The notes under the pieces were generated by a model. That model did not search any database and was not told the DNA's origin. It was given only the letters and a program-made list of their open reading frames with translations. The translations under genes and the position numbers were made by a program. From contig NMRA01000241.1 in assembly GCA_002633005.1 (NCBI GenBank), positions 290,952-354,951 on the forward strand: 64,000 nucleotides of DNA, read 5' to 3'. Positions 48,761 to 62,851 of this stretch are shown here, in pieces. The stretch is from Phoronis australis. Lineage: Eukaryota > Animalia > Phoronida. Position 1 is the first letter of the stretch, and every line of letters begins with the position of its first letter.

Positions 48761-51700
48761 GTGTTAATAGACATGACACAATGGCGCTGGGTAAGTAAAT
48801 ATGTCACGCTCATGTCCGTGGAACTTTGAAACTTTCGCTTTTCTTCTATTTTCTCGATTTCGGGATATTGAATTCACGGTTGTGATATTGAATTCACGGT
48901 TGTGATATGTAGTGCTATAAAAGAAGAGTTACTGGTGCTCGTAAAAACATGGTAAATAGTGATTTTATGCACTAAAACAGGCTCTAGTCGCAAGAGTAGA
49001 ACCGGTGGCCCGACACAGGGCACTTGGCAACCACCTTTCCGCTATTGGGTCGGTTAGTACACCAACGTTGTTCCACTATCGGTATAACGACAGTTCTTCT
49101 ACAACCTCGATTTGTGAAATCACATCCCATAAGTTGGCAACATCAACTTAGTTAGTCTTCCTATATTTCGTTTAAGTTCAATACATTCATGTCGTCTTCC
49201 GCATGCTCTGTGTCCACAAAACCTTGACCTAGTAAAATTTGTCTCGTTATCATGATTAGTCATACATTTGTTCAGCGTTTGATAAACAATTTCTTTCACG
49301 GGCGGCAGCGAGGGACAAGAAATAAGAAGCACTTTCGTTTACGTCCCAGACGCCAACACCCTCCCCGGTCCATTCGGAATACCTCAGACATTTTCGTAGC
49401 CTCAAGAGGCAGACGTGACACTTCGGATATTTTCAGTTCGTAGCCTCTAGGACAAATATATCTGTCTATTGGCACCAGACGTCCAACGGAATTCCTGAAA
49501 GCAAGTAGCAGAAATTAATAATTTATAGATTTATACAAACACTTTTAATGCTTGATTGGCCTTCCACGTGACAACTGCAAATTATTTTGAGAGGTACATT
49601 AGTGGCTATTGGTACTTGTCATTAATTAACTTTTTGTAAAGATAATAAATGACGTGAAAATTGCTAGTTAGAGAATCAACGAAAGCTTTTAGGATTAAAT
49701 GTATCAACGAGTTTATCGCCCAATTAGTCAGTTTCGAAAAACCATTTGTAACTTTCCTTCAAAATCACAATGATTATGTCGTCAACATTACGACGACCGT
49801 AGAGACTTTGATTAAAGTGGAAATCGCTCGCCCAGTTTTGGCTTTTATAGCGCAGAGTTCTTCTACAGATCTCATTCACTCGGGGAAAGCTATGTCGTGG
49901 AGTCAAAATTCCATATGTGTTTCAATTTTCTGACCTGTGACATCCTCACCTACCAAAACAAACCATTTACTTACTGCCATTATTGTTATCAATAGATTTG
50001 AAAAGTTTTAATATATTAAAAAAATGAAAAAAGATCGTTCACCTGTTCTGCTTGACTATCGGGCGTTCATAGCAGTGCGATTTATTATCATTGAAACTAT
50101 ACAAGTTATACTACTAAGGATAAGATTAGTGTTTTTCATGAACTCAAACTAAGAATAGGGATTCGACTATTGAATATGTGATGGAGATGTGGCAGAGCAT
50201 AAGCTGGTTAACATTTATAGAGGCATATCTTCCGTACTTACTACCGAAACACTATGGAAAAGGTTAAGATTAAAAAACTTAACTCGTCATGATAACGTTT
50301 GGTTTCTACCACCAACCAACGGTCCAACTTTTTAAAAGTTAGCTACAGTCATGACTGTTTTTTTACTTGTAGATACCTTGAATGATCTGTTTGGAGATAT
50401 AAATAATTTTCTGTGCCGTAATTCTGACCAATTCTGCCTGGGTTCTGTAAAATCGATGGAATGCTCAATAAGAGATCATGTTCTCGTTGCATCCATTTGT
50501 CACCTGCGTAAGGTGCTTATAGGATTACTGCAAACTCTTGCTTCTTCGTGCCCTGAAATATAGACCACTGAGACAAAGACGGAGCATGTCAGCGTTTATA
50601 GCGGACAAGGAGCAGAAGTAAAAGTTAAAACATTGTGAAAAGCCTTTCGCTTCATTGATTCGATGACAGCTTGCCAAAAATAACGTTTCTCCAGCCTGCT
50701 GGCAACATCATGAATTTTACCCTGGAATACCCAAACTAGAAATGCGAAATATGAAAACAGTGTACGACACAAAAACGCTCTTTTTATTTAGGTGTAGTTT
50801 CGTGAAGAGGACTTCAAATCGAGACACGTAGATTTTTCATTTTTTCGCTTAACGTTAGCGTTGTGGGACTGGACGTCCTTTAAACGTAAAAACGTGGAAA
50901 TTAAATTGTTGCATGTCAGGAATAAATTCTCTATTGTATTAGACTAGGATTTTGAATTCACTGTTCAATTAGTAGGTTAGCAGCAATGTATCCTGAATGT
51001 CGCCAAGACTATTTCCTGTAGCTTGAGATCGTTTCCTGTATTAGGAGGCCAACTGAGGAGAAAGTATGAAAATCCAATTAAAAACGCATAGGATATCAAC
51101 AAAACAGGCTGTTTACTTAGCTTTCAATCTTAAAAAACAAACATGTTATTGTAGCTTTTATCTAAAAATAAATGATTTATTGTATCATATAGTGCAATGA
51201 GTATGATTTAATTTTGTCTTGCACGATGCCATATTATAGTCTGGACAAGAAATGCGAACAAGCCCTTATTTATGCTGCATGCAGCACTTTTGAGGAAGAG
51301 TAAGCGAACAAGAGCTTCTAAAAGTGAATTTCGTTTTGGGTATGTATGTTTTGTTTGCCTTTTCCAAAACTGTTTTACAGTTCAATAATTAAAGTCAAAT
51401 GTCGTTATGTTAAGATTTCATGATTTTGCGAAACATCATTGGTCGTGTTGATTAAATACAAAGGTGAAAGCACTTTTGCAACAACTTGGATATCAAATAG
51501 GGAGCTAAAACCTGTCAAACTGTCAGAATCAATAAAAAATACCTAAAGAAATACTGGTTTGTTTTGGTCGTATATTATTAGAGGTTGGTTTTACTCTTTT
51601 TCACTTCAAGTTTCACTGCTATGGGATCGTGACCATAGTTCTATGACTACTTTTTCACGGTGAGTTCTGAGAAACATGAGCAACACAACTGTCGTTAATT

Positions 51701-54700
51701 AGTACCAGCACAGTAATTAGAGTAAAGGCTTTAATCAGTGCAACGTAGAGCATTAGTCCATGAAGTCGTTATTAGCTCATTAGAGCTTTTGCTTCGGACA
51801 TGTTATTTCAAACAGCAGTTTTAGTTTTTATTTAGGTTTTATGATCTGCATTAGTACCGTTACAGGTAAGATCATTAGATTCGGTTCGTTTTGCACAGGT
51901 TACTTGTAATTCCCATAAGTCGGATCCCATCGGACTTTGAGGAAACATTTGGTCAAACTTAAGTAAAGTGACTGGACTATTTCGTTCAATCCAATGATGA
52001 CACAGAGGTCTTTGAATCAAACTACGCACACGATATGGCCTTCCTCATTTCTCAACAGAAGGTTGAACATGAATCTTTCTGGACTACTTTCACGCATTTT
52101 GGTGACATTACCTGGAAATGGTGCCTTACTTGTCATCTGAGCACAGTATCAGAGGCTTTCGGACCTGCTTCTTGCAGCATTTCCAGAAATGTTGCCCCTT
52201 TTCCACAGGTACAATTACATCAACAGGTAAGATGGGGATGTGATGAAGGAGCCACCACAGTCAGTAGAACATAAGTTTACACAAGGCAAGCTTGTTGTGA
52301 AGGGATCGAAACACAGCCCCTGCAAGATGGATGTACTCCAACAGCAAAAGTGTAATTGTTTTGAAGCAGATATGCGGAATGATGAAAGTTGGTTTGGGCG
52401 AGGAATGGACATCAATGAGGCAATACCCGCTCGAATGTCTTGTGACTCCAAAGATGAAATAAGGATCTGTAAACTGTTGGTGATGTCGAAGGTTAAAGCA
52501 GAGAAAATCACGGATTGTTCTGACACGCTATTGAATATTGCGACTCGAGACGTGGCAACACTGAAAATAGAGGAGTCGATGCTAAATGCGAGGATTTTAT
52601 GGAGAAATGGTTGATTGAAAGGCGAATTTAATGGATCCACTGTAAAAACAAAAGCGCAGAGACAGAGACTTCAAACCGAACGACGATAACTTTGAAAGTT
52701 GACAGGAACTTAACACAGATATTGTGTGCAGCATATCGAGCAGAACAACATCCTCAACCATGAAATGATAAACTACCAGCTATAGAACATGTGCTCTAGC
52801 AAACTAAAGACGACGGTCCTAAAACCATTCTGTTGGAATTGTTCGCCAAAGACGTCAGCAGCCTCCCAGAAACCATCATTAGTGATCTTTCATGCCTCTT
52901 AGTTTATGGACAAGCTATATGACAAGCGAAGTGACGTCTGGACCTTCAGAGCCACCGTGTTCATGAGACACCTTCAGACGCATGTTCTACATCTACGATA
53001 GTAGTCACGTGACCTTTTTGTCAATCAAAACCACCGCCGTCTGAGCTTGTGACGTAGACACCTTGACCTTACAACTAGCGCACTGAAGCAAGTTGTATTA
53101 ATGTCTTAAGGTTGATGCAGCAAAAAAATAAATATGTTCCCATTCTCATTTTGCAGAAACTTGTCCATAGTGGTCAGGTCTGGTTGACCTTGTTAGCATT
53201 CCACATCACTAGTTGTGTTATTGTATCGTACTTTTCTGGCCATTCCAAGAAGTCAGCATGAGGCCCATTCGTTGAGCAACACAACATTCTAAAGGATCTT
53301 GGAAAGTCTGCAATTCTGTCCAAGGTGGTATTTGAGGATGCCTAGACGGAGCGGTTGATTCCTGCATGTTGTACAATTTTGTTACAGTTCTGCACTCAGT
53401 ATTTGGTTTACAGGTTGGGTGCACAGTTGGAATTTTTCTCCAATATTTGAATGTCCCGAAAAGCAAAATATAACGTGACTTACATTTCTCAATTGTATAC
53501 CAACAATATCTCCAAATAAATGTGCACACAGTATATATTGCTTTCAACAAAATTCTGTATGTATAGGAAGTATTGGTTCAGTAATTAGTTTTTGCTATGC
53601 CCTTTACATTGTGTTTCTGTTCGCTGTACCACTGTTAAACAGAGATAAGGTGTATTCATACGCTAGTGCGCCGAAACAAACAAGATGCAATAGGCAATTT
53701 TTGCCAAGTGTGACTAGAACTAGGGTGCGTGCCGTAGATATTAGAATTCTAGACGTGGAATGCGAACTACGATCTCACGCTGCTGAGGTTGCACCGCGAA
53801 TGAGTGTGATTCGCTTGCATTCATTTGTTCCGGTGATGGTTATTGCTAATGGAATATAGGGCTTGGCTTGAAATGTTCATTTAGTAGAATTGAAGCAAGT
53901 ATGAAACTGCTATCTCCGAAAGCTTCTTTCGGACAAATTTCATATATTATATTTTTGAAATATTTTGCGGTATAATGAAACTATCAACATTGTCAAACGA
54001 AGGATGATTCCGCGATTCTGGAAGCCAGCCGTGGGCACTATCACTGCCTAGCCGCCAGGCGTAACGTCAGCCGACCTAGACGCATTACAATAAATTCGAA
54101 AGCGTATAATATCCTCAACCGGAGCTCTAATACGATACCAAATCATGTATGTATTGCAACTAATAACAAATATATATTTTCACACTAGGCCAATGGGAAA
54201 AGTGTCACTTTCACTAAAACTTTTCGCACCTCCGCCGTTTCTCAACCGAATTGCACGAGAGTCATATCATTAGAAAGCCCTTTATCAGTTCCTAATGGTG
54301 CATGATTATACCAGAAGTAAAAGATTTATTTCATATATAATTACCATTTCAAATACCTGACAGATTTAAATATATTTGTAATTCTAAAAACACCAATAAT
54401 ATGCTAATAATAACATAGCGTAATAATAAAACCCTTCATGATGGATGACTAATTAACTAATTATTCAACTAAGTGTAATGTCAGGGTGTAATAGTGACAT
54501 GAAAAGAGAAATGAACCAGAGATGTTATATAAAGGACTAACTTAACCAGCAAGGAAATAATTTCGATGATTCAAAAGATTGCTACAAATATTTTAGAATA
54601 TAGATCGATCTCACTAGCTGTGAAGAATTTAGTCAGGCGTTCATCCAAAATTATATATCATTATATATCATTTGGACCTTTGGTGCCGTTTGATTCAGGA

Positions 54701-55789
54701 TGCAATGGCATTTACAAAACAGTTGATAACTAATTACTCCAACTAACTATCTGAAATTTGCAGATAGGGGTTTTCTGACAAAAATGGACAAGCATCTATT
54801 GTGTAGATTTGAAGTATACTGTGGATAGGTTAGTACACCGGTTGCGTACATCGTAGTGCGTTACCGTAAACAAAAGACACTGTAACACATTTTCACGATC
54901 TGGAAAATAACAATTTTCATAACAGAGTCAATGTTACTTTGAACACCTTTTGAATAGTTGTCACGGTCAATATTCGAGAATGAAAAAACGGGACAACTGG
55001 ATTTAAACCTGGACATCTGGGTCTATGCCACACGCAAGCTGGAAATGTTAATTGCAACACAGTGTTTTTTGTCGAACGGGAGAGGTAACGCCCGAAATCG
55101 GTTTCAAATAACAGAATTCTATTTCCGATACCAGCAAGAATACGAAAACCATCAATGACTCGAAAAAAGTTAATCAGAGATTAGGATTGGCCAACCCTAA
55201 AATTCGAATGTGAAAATTGAAAAATGCGCGGATTGCCTGTGCCTTCAGTTGGCAATGGGAGTTGCATTCTATCACGATACATGAGACCGATTTTTTAGAG
55301 GAGAAGACCTAATTTGATTTTCGTGTTAGCCAGCTTAACAGTGAGAAATGCAGCTTAAAGATACATTTTGTCCTGTTTAGGTGACATTTCACTCTCTTCA
55401 AATCGGTCACATAATATCCCTTAACAATAATATGAGTAAATCGCATTTTCTAAACTTGTGTGATTTTCTGGATAGCTCTATACATTAAAAACAAGAAAAT
55501 CACTTCTGGGAGGGCTTTAATTCATGACACTGAAAACTGCCATTTTAAACCTGAAAAGTTTGCCGATTTTAAAGAAGCTTGTAACGCGATAAACAGACTA
55601 AAATGCAATATAGAAAGTGGTTCTCTGCCCCTGAAACAGAATTCAACCTGCTCACCAGGTATTTTCAGGGTTTGTTCGTAAAGATTTTTAATTTCTGTTC
55701 ATATCAAAGCATTTTCTTTTAGTTTTAAATTTCAAGAAAACGATCTCCTTATTTGGTTTAGCAAGACAAACGTATCACCTTTCCCTTAT

Positions 55790-56038
55790 ATGGAAAATGT
55801 GACATTTGACCTCAAGCGACTTCAAGCAACCGACAGTGAGCGCGTGCGCGCATTTAGTGGGAGGGAGATTAAAAACTCCACGGAGTTTTTCTTTCGCGCC
55901 TATTTCAAAAACCGTAAATTTTGTGATTTTTTCTGGATAAAGTGAATTACTCTGTACTAGACGTTGTGAGGCGGTGCTTTCATCAGGAATTGCCTAAAAC
56001 ATATTTTTGACGAGCTTTCGCGTTCCATGCCTCTTTAA
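55790..56038 (-). repeat. Inverted copy of the 40457-40735 repeat
   Basis: ATTACTCTGTACTAGACGTTG and TTTGACCTCAAGCGACTTCAAGC are reverse complements of segments at ~40530-40720. Confidence 0.75.
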
Positions 56039-59000
56039 TAACTGACTAGTTTGGGCTATAAATTGGCTACCAATCGGATTCAGTCCTTAAGACACTATCA
56101 ACGGCAGACTCTAGTTTTCCCACAGGAACCAGCGAAGATTGAAATTGACTTTTCGCGTCACCTTGAGAACACGGAACATACAAGGATATTGTCCAATAGA
56201 TGTGATCAGAATGTGATTGGCTATGAGATTACAATTTAATTTTATCGAGAGCTCCATGCGGATTTTGGATGAAAATAACGGCAACAACAGTGTCGAGACA
56301 TCAGAATGTACTGCCGTGCTGGTTGGTCAGACAAGACACGGGTAGTCTATAATTATTAACTCCGACGACTGGAACCAGCCATAAAGGTGATCCAAAATGC
56401 AATTCATTTCTGAGCCCTGTGGCGGACTTTCTGTATCAGACCTAAATTTCGTTGTTTTGAATATGTTTTATTCGATGTCCAGTTTGCAGAATTAGGCAAA
56501 TTTAAATGCGTGATTTCATGGATTTTTTACTTAGTCAGTTTAGAAACGTATTTCTGGTTATAATTTCAATAACATTATTAATAATGTGTGAAATGTCAAT
56601 TCCCAAATTTGACGCTCATAAATTAAGAAATGTGCCTTGAATTTGCATTTTCACTGAACGAGAATATGATAAGCAGTATCATCCCTTACATGTCTTCTTT
56701 GTATAAAAAATGGCAAGTCAGTGCCCAATTTGTAGAATTAGCCAAATTTAGAAGCCAAATTTCATGGACGTAGGCAAGTTTAAACATAGAGACTAAAATA
56801 GAATGGTTGTGAAATCAAAAACACCAAAATAAAAATTATCACCCCGAAATGGTCGCAGCAGTGCAATGTTTACCTGTTCTCTCGCGCTTACATTGGTACC
56901 GCGCAATGAGATCTAAAGTAGCTTATCAATGAGCCACGAACCTGTAACAAATATGCTACTGATTCGACTCGTGTTTACTGCCTAAACACGTTGATGTTAC
57001 AACGTCCAGCGTTTAAGCAAGCAACCAGCCAGAGCCAAACTTTTCTCCTTCTCATCCTATCTCGCCTCATTACCACATGGATTGAGACGAAACAAACAAG
57101 TTAAACCTGCTGGGTAGCAACCTGATGAACGAACGCAATATTAATGCAGTCTGAATGTTTGGGAATCTCGACCAATCTCCTCCTGCGATTGAATTAATAT
57201 CAGTCTTCTCACATGGCAACAACCACATATAGTAACGATAAGAATTATAAATAGCATCAAGAAATGTATAAAAAATGCATTCACTGATGACAAAACCAAT
57301 CGCTACTAGTTAAAAAAATTCCATAGGTTCTCGAACATCTGTATTACTGCAAGAACTATTGCAGCTAATCCCGCGCGGAATGAATTACATCGGTAATTAA
57401 TACAGACACTTCATTTTCGTACCATTATCAACATGTCTTGGTTGGAGTTGTGAAAACAATTTCCGACTTCGAACTGTCTGACACATCAACTCTGTTTACC
57501 TGGATAGTTTATCGTCGAAACACGTAGCAGCTAAAACACCTGCAGCCAAATTGCCTTTTCATAGAATTTAATCTGGTAGAGGCCAGTTTGGAGGACAATT
57601 CATTATTAATAACCTTGAAGTTGAAATTGAGCAGTTGGCAAGCCTGCCGACATTTATAGTTATGGGTAGCTAAGAAAACAAAATCAAGACCGTTCGAGAT
57701 ACTAACATTCAATGCTTTACTTAAATTAGGTTTACGGGAGAAACGTACGTAAGACGCAATGCAGTTTGATGCACAGTGTTGTAATTGCACAAACTGTCGC
57801 AACCATCAGCTTAATTTGTGCAAATTATCGTAATTTGCGCAAATCTTCAAAATATTTGCCTTGGTTACAATGCTATGTGGCGTGAAGCATTGAACAAATC
57901 GTCGCAACGCTGCATTGGTCTTCGCAACACAAGTTCTCGTAATTTGTACAAAGCGCTCAAAACCTTTTCATGCGCGGTTAATGTTTACACAAGAACAACA
58001 GATTCAAAGGAAGAAAACTCGGGGTCTTAAAAATTTACACCTTGCAAGAAAATAGCACACTTGGCTAACAGCATTCGCTGTTGCTCCAAAATAACGTTGC
58101 GTGGACTGATTACAATAGGCTTACATAATGGTTCCAAACGGACTTCAGCAGGCGCGCATACTACTGTCGTCAGTTCAAAAACCAACGTTTTCCCAATTTC
58201 GTGTGGAGGGTATAACGCTGACCAGTTTCACGATTATCTTCAACACACGCCTTACGCAGGCATCAAATAAGTTAGAACCGCCTCTCTTTGTACACGGTGA
58301 TAATAAACTGGTACCAGTGCATCTTTACAATACATCACCGTGTACCAAATTGATTCAAAATTTGTTAAACCGCTTTTACAGTAATCGGCAGATGAATAAA
58401 ACCTTGGAAAGGTAGTCGCAGACCGTAACTCCTCATTTTCAGCGACCAACTCGCTGGTCGGAGGGAGCGCCGATGGAAACTATTATATCCATCCCATTTT
58501 GTGTGTATTTTGTTCATTCCTTGTGTAATGCGCGATTGGGACGGAGGCCATGTATGTATATGTACTTTTAGAGACAAAATGAATTTTAAAACCATGCCCT
58601 TTAAAGTTTGAGGGACCTATTTGTTCTGCTTTAGCAGCCTTCCCGTGTTTCGCAGCACAAATGGTCGACTTAGCATGAAGCTTTTGTAGGGATTTGATAT
58701 TTACTAATTGATTAGTTGTCGAACGTTAAAATTGAATACACGAACATTTTGGACTGTAGCCTATACTTTTAATAGAACACTGACCTGCTCACAGTGCTAG
58801 GCCTACTATGAGTGAATGAAATTAGAAACCCTTTCATAGCTAGAGCTCCACGCCCGTGTGAACGTAAACCTAATACACTCTTTCGTAAACCTCGTGAAAA
58901 AGTCATCTTGTGTCCCGTACTAAGATGCAAAAGTATCCACGGGGTCCGAAGCACCCACTCTGTCAGTAAGATTAGTACCATATTGCCGACAAAAGTCTTC

Positions 59001-59680
59001 ATTAAGGCGTTCCATCACGACAGATTCAGATCAGTCTTTTCGTTCCCGGACGCCACCATTTCTCTGACGCACCACTTCAGCCTTGGCCTCTAATTCCCCC
59101 CTCCGACACCAATCCCACCGGCCGATCGCCGGGACACCATGTGCCCGATTAGCCTGGCCCGCACCGACACCTTAGTGCAACTGCACTGAATAAAATCGGG
59201 TTTATTTGGATCATAGTCACACAGTCAAATATTTCATAATTTTTCACAGTGGAGAATGAAGAAATGGGTCCACATCACTGCCATCTAACGGTAAACGTTA
59301 GAAGCTCATGATATGGGAAATGCATGAGAAACGTCTTTTGTAAGGCTAAAACATGTCACATTCAAAGCACCCTAGCGCCAATAACATGCGATTTTCAGAA
59401 ACCGAGTTGATGTCATTTTGTAGACGAAGATTGTTTCAACTTTACATCCTAGTGCTTGGATTGCTGACAACAGTTCCTTTTAAAACACATTTGAAAACAC
59501 GTTCAAATGCTCCTAATCAGTTGCCCCTTCCTGTTAATGTATTCCTGCTACTATTGTGTTCACGTAAGCGGCAAAAACGCTAGCAGTTTTGTTGGTTAAA
59601 GTGCTAACGAAAAAGTTATCGTTTTAATCACACGGACGAGCTGTCCGCGAGTAAGACATCAGCAGTTCCTCAACACCTGA

Positions 59681-59915
59681 GGTCCGTTCCAAGAAAGTGA
59701 CTTAAGTTCATTTGTGACTTAAGTCAGATTTGTCTCAACTTCCAAACTTTGAAACTTCCACATACGGTAAGTTAGTAAAAAAATTGAGTCAAAAATTTAA
59801 GTAAAACTTAAGATGTCTTCTTGAAACGGACTTGAGTCGAATTTAAGTTTTATCTTCAAAATTCAATGAAATTTAAGATTTGTATTTAACTAAGTCAGTT
59901 TTCTTGGAACGGGCC
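59681..59915 (-). mobile_element. ~235-bp MITE, copy 2 (inverted relative to copy 1)
   Basis: TIR GGTCCGTTCCAAGAAA / TTTCTTGGAACGGGCC; CCTGA on both flanks (or CTG if the TIR is one base longer). Confidence 0.78.
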
Positions 59916-62816
59916 CCTGAATCGCTTCCAAGCGCTTACCCCTGAGCATGTGCGTCCTGTAAAGCAACCTGTCTGTTTACAAAAGAGCTAGCGAAAGCCC
60001 TGGAAGTTTTGATGTAACCCAAACGTTTATGAAAGCGCCCACAAAACTGACACTTGTAACCGTCCACATGAGTGGCGTTTTTGCCACAAGCGAAAGTGCT
60101 TCCGAAAACGCTAGCTAGTTTTTGAACGAGCTATATGATCACATTTTTTTGGCGGCATAAAAAACTTCAGTTAATTAAAAGTAAGCCTGCACTTCCCTGC
60201 ATCTCTGTCTGATGGCTGTCTGCCCGTGTGTCTGTTCGTTTATCTTTTTTCTGTGACGGAAACAAACCAACTCTAAAACACAAACGGAAGAAAATGAAGC
60301 CGTTCGAGAAAGGCAGGTCACGGATTTGATTGAGCACAACGTCGACATGGTGGAGAACTATTTCGACGTGGTGCTCGGTCAAGTCGACGTGGTAGATCAC
60401 CACATCGTTGCTATGAGTTATGTCCCCGTTAGCATCCCTACCTCTTCACCAAGGCAATGTGTGGCAACTTTCGTAGCACGTAACTCCGTCTTAGTGGACA
60501 ACTGGTACGAATGCGATGCAGTCACTATATAGCCCAAGTGTAACACTTGGTGATTCTGGTCTCCAGTATATTACATTTTCGTTATTATTTTTACTTTTAA
60601 AACATACATTCAGTCATACACAGACAATATAAACAAGCAGTTAAACTGAACTGGGATGATTAGGAACAATAAGTTGATTTTATCTGCTCTCCCAGTCACT
60701 CACAATCATACTCGGCCACTATAATATTTTTTCAGTCTTCAACGAACAGAAGAATCGTTAAATTACCTTTTATTACCCCAGGAATCCCGAATTACTACAG
60801 CAAAGTTACCACCCCTTTCATTTAAAACAAAACTGCTTCTTCTGTGAGACTGCAGTATGTAGAGCATCGTAAACACTTTAGTCTGGAATGCTAATCTTTT
60901 TGTTCATGGGTGAAAAATGACATTAACTACCTTGGGAGAACGCTCTTGGAAAACCAATTAATGAGAGTCTTCGAAGAACCATTGCCATTTGAAAACTATC
61001 GGATTTAGCCATTAAGAACCAACGAATGGTTTAATCGCCTCGTTTCCCCTGAGTTTTCGAGAAACAATCTTAGCAGTCATCATGACTGAATTTTAGTAGC
61101 AGGAAAGTGTTCATTGAAGACATATGTCACGTCAGGATTACTCAAGTTCTTGAAAGTTGACTTGTCGAGGTTAGTTTTTGAAGTGTTCTAAGCTAGTCTT
61201 GTGTGTGCTTGCTAGGTCTAATTTGGTGTTGTTTGATGGTTCAACAACAGCGTTCCGAGTATGCCGTGTAAGCCAATCTACCAATTGTTAAATTTTCTGA
61301 TAACACGTAGAAGAGTCAACTTATGTTTTCACATTTTTTTAAAAGCTGGAAAATGTTTTAACAAGATAAAAAGGTCATTCCCAGATTATGCACCAGTATT
61401 CACCGAAACTTATTTAACACTGAAATTTTTTCAGCTAATTTTGACTTTCAAGCAAACTGCCATTAACCCGGTCTCCAAACAGAAACCCTTGTGCATTTAT
61501 TACTACACAAGTCCTTCATTGAAAAACTATGAAACTAAAGCAAATAACTTTGGCGACGGAGGGTTGGTGCGTCGACTGAATAATCTGGCGCTACCCGTAT
61601 TGGGGTAGCTCAAGCTACCGGGACGGCCCTCAAACTGCTTGCAGCTTAGGACCCTGAGAAACCATAGTCTGCACTGATGCAAGAGCAGTAAGACCTTTGG
61701 AAGCGCCTTCACATCCCTAGTAATAGCCTTTACGTCTTGACATGACAAGGCAAAATTCTCCTCGACAAATGACTTGTCGCGTAGTCAACGTTGTCAGTTA
61801 AAGTTGGGCGATTCAAATGTGAATGAGCAATGTCACACAACTTGTTGAAGTATGCGTGCGTTGACCTAGCAAACATTTGTGAAGCGATCGTAACGATTCG
61901 ATGAATGAATTAATAAGAAAGAGATCTGATGATACTGTGGATCCAGACTGTCCCAAACGGCACAATGATATTTTTTAGAACTCGCCCGTGCACGGCTCAT
62001 TAAAAGGACACTAAACGCGGTTTTGGCCCATAACGCATATTAAAACCGATTTTCACATCCAGTTCTCTGAAACAGAGCAATGTTCTATAACCTTTGATAA
62101 CTCTAAAAGATTAGAACATAGGTCTTTGGAGACTGGTAAACGGAGAAGCGTGACCTACGCTTCGGGCGAGTTACATGTGCAACTGTTGGGAAATACTGTC
62201 CACCAAGAATCTTAATATCCAGTCTCTGACACAAAGAGTACGAGTTTTCAGTTGAATTGCGCTTTTATCACTAAAGTGGGGCATCAACGGTGCATTAGTA
62301 GGTGACAGAACAAGGATTGTTTGGTTGAACTCACCAAAACAGGGTTTAGTATCCATTTAAAGTTTTCAGTGGCGCATTGTCTTTGATCGCTTAGCTCCTA
62401 CCAACCGGTACATCAACTATTGTGTAGGACGGATGTCTTTACGTTCAATACATTGCCGCGGCAATATTACACATTGCATTCGAACAACCGCCGAGGCAGA
62501 CTATCCAAACTAACGTCCATATTACCGAAACAACGAAACAGTGACAATACTGGGGATCTGCAATATACTGTACAATTGACGGCTGTCAGCCCATGTCGAC
62601 GTGTTTTATAACATAATCAGTGAAAACGAGCTGCATTTCTCTAAGCTCCAAACCTTTATTCGGATCAATGTGGTGATGGAATGCAAATGTTTAGAGCTTT
62701 CCTCCCTCTTCTGCCTAGAGGTGGAAACACACTGAGAGAGTCTTTCTACATGGCGTATCGAAGTCATGCGCTTGAGCAGCGCGAGCGATTTATAGTATTG
62801 TCAGAGACCTTAGAAA

Positions 62817-62851
62817 CCATAGACATCACATAGTTTAGTATATGTCTATGG
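62817..62851. repeat. Short hairpin CCATAGACAT...ATGTCTATGG bracketed by a 9-bp direct repeat
   Basis: 10-bp IR; CAGAGACCT at 62802-62810 and 62852-62860. Confidence 0.6.
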
